From the human T2T-CHM13v2.0 reference genome, Homo sapiens: 64,000 nucleotides of DNA. The notes under the pieces are model-generated. The model saw nothing but the letters and a program-made list of their open reading frames with translations. It searched no databases and was not told the origin of the DNA. The stretch lies in the NCBI RefSeq assembly GCF_009914755.1, contig NC_060927.1, one strand, 5' to 3'. Position numbers and translations under genes: made by a program. Below, piece by piece: positions 56,069 to 64,000 of this stretch (position 1 is the first letter of the stretch; every line of letters starts with the position of its first letter).

Positions 56069-57759
56069 CTAAGTTGCTGGTACCCTAAACATGAGCTTAG
56101 TTTCCCTCTTGATCATCCAGTCTTGGGGAGTGGAGGATAGTGGGAAGATGAGGCCAGATCAAGGGTCTGACAGATCAAGAAGAGCTCCTTATTCTCATGT
56201 TAAGGGGTCTGGCCTTTATTTCATTGGTGGTTGATGGCAGTTACTACAGATTTTAGGCCAGAAAATTGAGTGAGGATTATAAGGGCTTGGTTGAGTGGAC
56301 CATCTGTTGCGTTGGTCCAGGCAAGAGATTATGGCCTTCAACTGAGGCTGTGGTGGTAGATTTGAGAGATGTTTACAGGGTAGAATTCCCCAAGCCACTA
56401 TCTGGTGGGTCAGACACAGCTAGGATTGAGTCTGAACTGGGTTGATACCTAGTTGTACGGCCTTGAACAAGTCACTGACCCTCCACTGGCCATAGTTCTC
56501 ATCTACAAGTGGCTGTGTGTCCTAAATGATAATGTAAAGGGTTTAGTGTGGTGTCTAGCATATGCTCTCCGTAGACATAAACCATGTCTAGTGGAAGGCA
56601 TAGAGATGGCTCCCAAATCTAGAGCACATAGTTTAAAATGCAGTACTCTGGATTGTGGATTCACAGGTTCTCTCTTGATAGGATCATTGAAACCCCTCCT
56701 GGTAGGACACTGGCTGCACTTCTCAATGATTTCCCACAGACTTCAACTAACTGGCACTAAGTATAGAACCATCATATATGCATCACATAAGACTGCCTGG
56801 CAGAGCAACTGAAATCCAGGCCATGGTCTGCTTATTAAGTCATGTGCCCTGGTGTGAGCTACATCTGCAGAGAAGTTATCTTTTTTTTTTTTTTTGTAAG
56901 TTGCACAAAGTTACTGTTCGGATGAGACACAGCTGTGTCTAGCTATCTTATGTCCTTCCTTCATTCTCTTTCCCTCTCTGAAACACTCAATAAAAGTACT
57001 GTGCCCTGTGTGCTCTATGTCATTGGAGGCAACTTGTCAAGAGCCTAAAATGACTGAATGAGCTTCATAGGCATCAGTGGAGATTCCTGACTGCAAAATG
57101 GCTGAGAGAGAAGGAAAGAGGAAGGAAAAATGCTTATTAAGCTCCTACCATGTCCCATGAATAATATTTTCATGGATTTTCTATTACCAAATTCGATAGG
57201 AAATAAGAAAAGGGGGTGGGCATTTTACTAAATAGACAGGCAGAACCCCAGTACACCTGAGGTCATCTGAGGAAGGTGGACACTGGACACCCAAAGGCAA
57301 AATGTTCAGGAGGTCTACGGGGGGACTTGCTGGGAACGTATAACCTAGATAAGCAGAAAGGGAAAAACCTGGGAACCCCTGTTCTGTGGCCACAGAAAGG
57401 GGATAACCTTGACTTTATATAGTGACCAAGACAATGAGGCATCTGGTCCCTATATAGTAACAGTTTGTTTCCTGCAGACTTGAGTGACAGATAGCAAAAA
57501 GGCTAATGTCTACTAATGAAAGACATGCATCTTGCTGTCACAAGAGTGAACAGACACAGGTTGTACTTGAAGCCCCTGGAATAGACATTCTCTAGCTTGA
57601 CCACAAAAGTCAAACGCTGTTGGATTGGGTACCTGCATGCAAACATGTGTCTTTAGAATATCAGAAATAATAATTAAGAAAAGATAGATGTGTGGAATGA
57701 GCTCCTTCATTATTTGATTCTGAGATTCAGAGAGGTATTTGAGGAAAGCACATAATGGT

Positions 57760-57985
57760 GCTATCATCACCACTACCTGAGCAGGTAGCACCCTAGAGCC
57801 CTCACTATGCAACAGGTGCTGTGATGATGTCCAGCAACAACCCTTGAAGTAGCTGCTCTTATTCTCTCTTTACAAATAAGAGGTTAAGTAACTTCCCCAG
57901 GTCATCCAGCAAGGCAGTGATGGAGCCTGAATTCAAACCCAGGCTTGACTCCAGAGCCCGTGCTAGACAAAACTGTACCACCCTC
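57760..57985 (-). mobile_element. MIR
   Basis: caacaacccttgaagtag...gaggttaagtaacttccccaggtca...gaattcaaacccagg. Confidence 0.75.
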
Positions 57986-58964
57986 CCCATCTCATAAGGG
58001 TTGTGCCAAGTGGGCTGATGTAAATGTGACCTAAAATTAGATTAAAGCAAAATGGAATGAGGCCTTTTGAACGTAAAGGGCAAATTCTGATCTTGTTTTC
58101 AGTCCAAAAACAACTCATTTATTCAATGTCTTTTGGAATAGATGTTCCACAAAAATGCATTTTCTAGCTAACTGATGTTTCCCAAAATTCATTTTACATA
58201 TATTTCTCTGCCTTAAAATGATTATACTGAACATAATGGAACTACTTGTTGTGCTTCAGGTCTATCACATCTCAACAATAACCAGAGCAGCCAATCAATA
58301 TAGTGCCATCTATGAGGACCATTTTTTGTTTTTTTTGGTATCTTCCCTCACTCTTGTGAGTGGAAGCTGTCTCTTTTTCTTGTCATTATTCTGTCCTACT
58401 CTGGTTGACTTGACATCCCTCTCCTTGTTCTACCAACTTGTTGCTTTTCATTTACACTGGGACATTTTTGTCAGTGCTTTCTTCTTGATGGTCCAGAGAG
58501 AAAGTCACCTCCAAACAAATGAGCTCTTACCACATTAATGTGACTCCCACATTATGCCTCAATTTAATATATATTTTTTTCTCCTGGAAGAAATCATAAG
58601 AAACTTAACAATGGTTACCCTTGGGGAAATGGGCTGGCAGAAAGGTGGGAGGAGAAAATGGAGATTCTCCCCTACTCCCATTTTTCATGTAGTACCTTTA
58701 ATTAATTGGAATCATCTAATGTCACATATTTTAGTTTTACCTTAAGAATATCAACAGTGGTTACCTGGACAGGAAGTTTTTTTTTAACCTTTTTATATTT
58801 AAAATAATCTGATGTTATAGATATCTGTGCGTATGTATATGCATATTTACATCCATAACACAAATGTATATATACAAGTATAAATTTTAAAGATGCCTAT
58901 GGAAATTATTTTAAAAAATCTAAAATTCTTTCCTAATGGTCCATTTTATGTTAATACCTAAATC

Positions 58965-59298
58965 TAGTCATCTCTCAGTATCCATGGGAGATTGGTTTCA
59001 GGACCGCTGTGGATACCAAAATCCAAGGATGCTATAGTCTCTTATATAAAATGGTAGTACTATTTTTAAATAACCTACGCATATCCTCCTTTATACTTTA
59101 AGTCATCTCTGAATTATTTATAATACCTAATACAATGTAAATGCTACGTAAATGGTGGTTATACCATATTGTCTAGGGAGTTATAAGAAAAATGTCTGTA
59201 CATGTTCAGTAGAGACTCATTTTTTTTCTGAATATTTTTGACCTGTAGTTGGCTGAATCCAGAGATGTGAAACCCATGGATACAGGGGGCTGACTGTA
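58965..59298 (-). mobile_element. MER2 Tigger-type element, complete
   Basis: tagtcatctctcagtatccatgggagattggtttcagg...cccatggatacagggggctgactg|TA. Confidence 0.88.
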
Positions 59299-61873
59299 CT
59301 TCTGTTGTTACAAATTCCAGATTCTCTTTAAAAATAACATATGTCTTGTGTGTGTACCTGTGTTTAAAGCTTTTTGATTTGTGAATAAATTCATAAATAT
59401 CTCTTGACAAAGGTTTCCGGGGGTAAGTATGCAATTTCTAAAACTAATTTTGAAGAACCTCACTGAGTTAAGTCTTTGATAAACAAAGTCTGCTGTGGCT
59501 TTTTTTTGGTGTGTGATTGCAACCTACACTGCAAGATATAAAATGAAATTTTTGAATAATTCTCTAAAAATTACTTATTGATCTAAATTATGGAATCTCA
59601 CCTTATATTCAGGTTTTTTCTTAAAAATAAAAGCCCATATAACTGCTGTGTTAAAAGTCAAAGATACAGACATAAAATTTCATTAAAAAAAGACTATCTA
59701 TAATCAAGGAATCATCAAAAGTATTGATACTTACTTTATTTCTTGAAATTTACTTCATTGCTTTGAAAAAAGACACTTGGGAAAATCTAAGTAGTTTAAT
59801 TCCTTGACACTGATTATATTAAGCATAGATAGAATTTTTTTTTCTGCTACCACTATTTTGGTTTACTTCTACTTCCCCTTGCTTCTTGGTACTCTTCAGG
59901 GAATATGTTGAGGAAGACAAAAAGTGACTTCCCCAAATCAGGTAGGTGTACTCTCATTGTCTATCATTGTCAAAATCATCACCACAGACTAAAAGCTGTT
60001 TATTTGTGATTCACATCTATTAAAGTAGCTGGAACTTTCCTTATCAGACTGATACAATCTCTGCTAGGGTATGGGAGGCAGAGGTGATTCTGAATAGGGT
60101 ATCTAGTAAAAGAGCTGGTTCCCGACTATGTAGGCTTAACTGGGTCACCTAAAGCAAAGGTAATGCCCAACCAACCAGGTAAAGCTGTAAGGAAAGCCAA
60201 GGGACCAGTGAAAACAGAGCTTGACACAGCAGCAGGCACTCAATAAATACTTGTTGAATAAACAAATGAGATAATTCTACTTATATAACACGAGGTATTT
60301 GAACAAAACAATATAACCTCCCTCTTTGAAGTTCTAGTTAAACAGTTACGTTACTCCTGTGGCTCTGGTTTGTAGGAAAAAAACTGGATTTATTAATAGC
60401 ATAGAAGCAGAAGTCAGAATAAGCAAGCCAACTCTTAGCTTTTCTTTCCATAGGTATAAATTGGGCTCCATATCCTATGTCTTGCAGAGAAGCCAAAGAT
60501 CTACTCTGTAGCAATTAATGTTGGGACAACAACACACATGTTAAAAAGTTGTCTGTGGGGCTCAGAATTTAATTTTAGAAAACAAATTTAAGTCTTGTAA
60601 ATTCTCTCCATATCAGATGATCACATTAACATTCATCTCAGTGCAAAGCTAAAGAGAAATCATGTAGACATTATCTGCCTTTCCTCTTGTCCATGCTATT
60701 ATACCCTTCTATTATGTAGATCATTTAACAGACAGCAAGAGTGAACAGCTCTTCATGGAATCCCTGAGCTAGAAAAGCCCTTGAAGTTCATCTGGTTCAA
60801 TTACCAGAATACCTCCAGAAACTATACCTGTGAGACACAGAACTATATATAGAAGTGAAAGCTTACTCCTCTATTGCCACAATGTGGTGGGTTTTTGTTT
60901 TTTAAGTTAACCCAATACATCAATCTCTTAATCACAACCCATTCTTTTCTGTTCCACCCCCCCTAAAAAAATGGATAATATGAGGACATATCATTATTAA
61001 AACAGTATTTTAATACTACTAGCATCACTATATTATGTGGTATTTTAAATTAAGAAAAACATGGTATGGATTTTAATTAATACTGCTATCATTTTAGTCT
61101 GAATTTGAATAGAAGATTCTTAAAGTTACTCTAGGCTTCCATTTAACACAGAAATCCTCTCTATCGCATATTTCATCTAAAAGACTGCATAATAAAAGAT
61201 TAATGCAGCCACTTTAAGTATTTATATGTTTTAAAATTGCATAGGAGGTAGATGATCACTTTTTGTATTTATTTAAAAACTATATTTTCTATATTTTGAA
61301 CAAATGGATATGATATTTAAACATTCTTTTTTTAAAACCATTGCCAGTTACCATAAATGAAGATTTGCTACACTGTACTTTAATTGTGTTAACATAATGC
61401 GTAATTCAAAGGCAATACTTAAAAACATTTCAAAATCAGGTTGTAATTATTTCAGGCAAAATGTAAGTATTTCTGGCTAATCGTAGCACATAAGATGTCT
61501 ATTTTCAGAACTAATTGGTCAAATACTGTCACAGAGCACCAGTGTAACAAAAAGAACACCTCAGTGTGAGCTGGCACACAAAGTATACTATGTTATAATA
61601 ACCACAAAATACAGGGTGAATCATATTTTGCAAAGAGGCTTGTGCACACCTAATAGAAAACCCACATCACAGCCATATTCGGCATCACCAAGGTATGACA
61701 TGAGAGGGGACTTTTGTTCTTAACAATAGTGCCACTCAGTGGCTGAACAATGGTAGTGAATTGAAAACAGTATGAATGGAGGGTGGGCAAAAAGAAAAAT
61801 GGAGTTTTGGAGTAGGCAATGATAATACTGTAGGCAAAGAAAAAGAAACACTATGTTGTTATGGTAACTGTAC

Positions 61874-61939
61874 CTTGGAGGTCAGTTAGAGTCTGGACAG
61901 GAACAGAAACCTGAGCATCGCTTCCTGTAACTACATCGC
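61874..61939 (-). CDS. TBC1D5: TBC1D5 alternative 66-nt cassette exon (phase 1/1), (G)DVVTGSDAQVSVPVQTLTDLQ(G)
   Basis: Minus strand reads ttttcttatgaaatccag|GCGATGTAGTTACAGGAAGC...GACCTCCAAG|gtacag. It is 66 nt, open in the frame that continues into the 164-nt exon, and matches the 22-aa insert I recall in the long TBC1D5 isoform. Too short to appear in the ORF track. Confidence 0.85.
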
Positions 61940-64000
61940 CTGGATTTCATAAGAAAAAATAATTAGATTTCATAAAAAGGAAATAATCAACTTCACTTTT
62001 CTTTTATACTGAATGTTCTAATACTTTAATCAAATTACTAAAAATATAGTACAAAAGAAAATAATGCACAAGCTTAGAAAAATATAAAATATTTTCAAAG
62101 AAAATAATCTTTAAGAGCATGTTTTCTAGAAATGTTTTGTGTTTGTTTTTCTTAAAGAAAACACAAACAAGTTTCAACTAGAGTATAGGAAACTTCAGCA
62201 ATCAAAAGATTTTGCTGAGCATATTTCATGATGCTACAAATATTAGTGTGATTTTATATTTTCCCTTTCATCCAAAAGTAAGTTATATGTCATTTATTTA
62301 AAAATAGGCATTCTTTTGAAATTGATTTCCTCCTATATCAGACAAAATTTATTTTTAACTAACTTGAAACCAACTTCTTCAGTGATAAGATAAAGTCCTC
62401 AATAAGTTCTAATTTCACATTAAGTAATGAAAAGATTTAAGTTACCACATGTACTTATAAATGTCAACATGTAAAAATAAACCTGTGAACTGCATACCCT
62501 TCACTTGATATACTTATTGTAGGCAAGATTTCATTTACAAATTGGACTTATAGTAAGTGCTTAAAATAATGACATGTTCAAATTAAAAAAGCAATTTAAA
62601 ATATAGACAAAGGAAACAGGAAAAAAAAAAAACCAAGTGCATTTTAAGAACATAAGAAAGGAAAAGGAGCATAACAGGAAATCTCATGAAGAACCTGAGG
62701 TGCACTAACATTTGGAAGGAAGACTTTTTGGTTCTTTGATTTCCTTCCTGGATGACAAAGTTCAACACTAAGCACAGTCACTGTCAACAGAATCATTCTC
62801 TGGATATATCACCATCTGAAGGCCTATGCTATTTTCAGACTAACAGGCTAAAGAAAAAAGCATTTTAAAAAAGCATCATATTTTCTATGCATGATCATTT
62901 ATGATTAATTGACTTGTTTCCCCTTGAGCTTTTATATAATATATACAGTAGTAAAAAAAATCAACTTTTGAGTTAAATGACATATCCTCAGTGTTCTGAC
63001 CACTATGACTTACAGCATGGCCAGCTAATCCGGAAACTGTTAAGTTGTAATTATACCATCATCATCAATTAACAGTACACACATTTAGTCTCCTATAATT
63101 GAAATAAAATCTATAAATAGGAACATACCACAAACAAGTGATAAACAGCTTTTAGTGGAAATGGGCCCCAGATTTTCATAGTATATGTACTCTAAATTCA
63201 CTGATAATGGCGTGCCTACTTTCTGTATCTTTGAAGGAGATTTTCAATTCTGTGCCTGCTACCTGTTTTACTCTGCTGCTTCTAGATCACTTATTAATGT
63301 ATAGAGACTGACAACTCATTTTAACATTAAATATCACCAAAACAATTACAGGGAACATCTGGGCTGCTCCTTCACTATCCTACCCCAACACAAAGACAAA
63401 CTACAGAATGTACTTCAAGCAACACATGTGAGTTTGGATTACAAACACAACTGTCCCCCTATCTAAGCATACAAGCACAAGTAATTGAAAGTTAACTGAT
63501 TATGAAAACCATAAACAGTTTCATCTTTATAAACAACCATTTTTCAACATAACTTTCAAATTTTCCAGCAGAGTACACTAAAAAGACTATTACATTATCT
63601 TTCCTCAAAGGCACTAAGTAGATGACTCTGTTCTGAGAGAGAAATCACTTCACAACACAAGCCTCCTGACAGGCTGAATATTGTGTTCACTGATCTATGG
63701 GACCAGGTGATATGCTTGCAGCTTTCAGTGTGACAGCACAGCAGGATACATGTGGGAAATACCAGCATAAAGAACCAATGTTGGAGAAGTATTTTTCACT
63801 GTAGAGTTAATACATATTCTACCAAAACAACCATAGATTTTTAGAGGTGGGAGACTCTCCAGGGATTAGCCCAAATCTCTTATTTCAGGGTGAGGAAAGA
63901 AGAGGGTCAGAGAGCTTCAGGGTGTTGCTTAGGGCTCATCAATGGATGAATAGAGAAGAGCAGCAAACTACACTATCTTCTATCGTCTACTTCCACAAAC

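Noticed and set aside
62583-62768. Minus-strand ORF near the cassette exon, as a possible further TBC1D5 exon
   Set aside because: The peptide does not match TBC1D5 as I recall it, it is low-complexity Phe/Leu-rich, and I found no convincing splice-site pair.

Overview
AT-rich, CpG-depleted, repeat-rich primate (most likely human) genomic DNA inside the 3' half of TBC1D5 (Rab7 GAP and retromer partner, chr3p24), transcribed from the minus strand. Three coding exons can be read directly. In transcript order they are a 66-nt symmetric cassette exon (61939-61874, GDVVTGSDAQVSVPVQTLTDLQ), a 164-nt Ser-rich exon (42559-42396, GLSSKNISSSPSVESLPGGREFTGSPPSSATKKDSFFSNISRSRSHSKTMGRKES) and a 100-nt exon (13397-13298, EEELEAQISFLQGQLNDLDAMCKYCAKVMDTHL). 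All have canonical AG/GT ends and compatible phases. The rest is intron: 15 dimeric-type Alus plus a FAM monomer, L1 fragments of many ages, MIR/L2 relics, MaLR/ERV LTRs (including a full-length MSTA provirus with a 273-codon internal ORF) and hAT/Tigger DNA transposons. Almost all ORF-track entries are chance or repeat-derived. I found no evidence for a new self-contained biological system. The best leads are a phase-closed exon block that would give a stop-free circRNA, a miR-1302-like MER53 hairpin, a five-element nested insertion, the open MaLR ORF and several sharp transcription-factor motif arrangements. Gene identity and repeat subfamily names come from recalled sequences, not from a database search.
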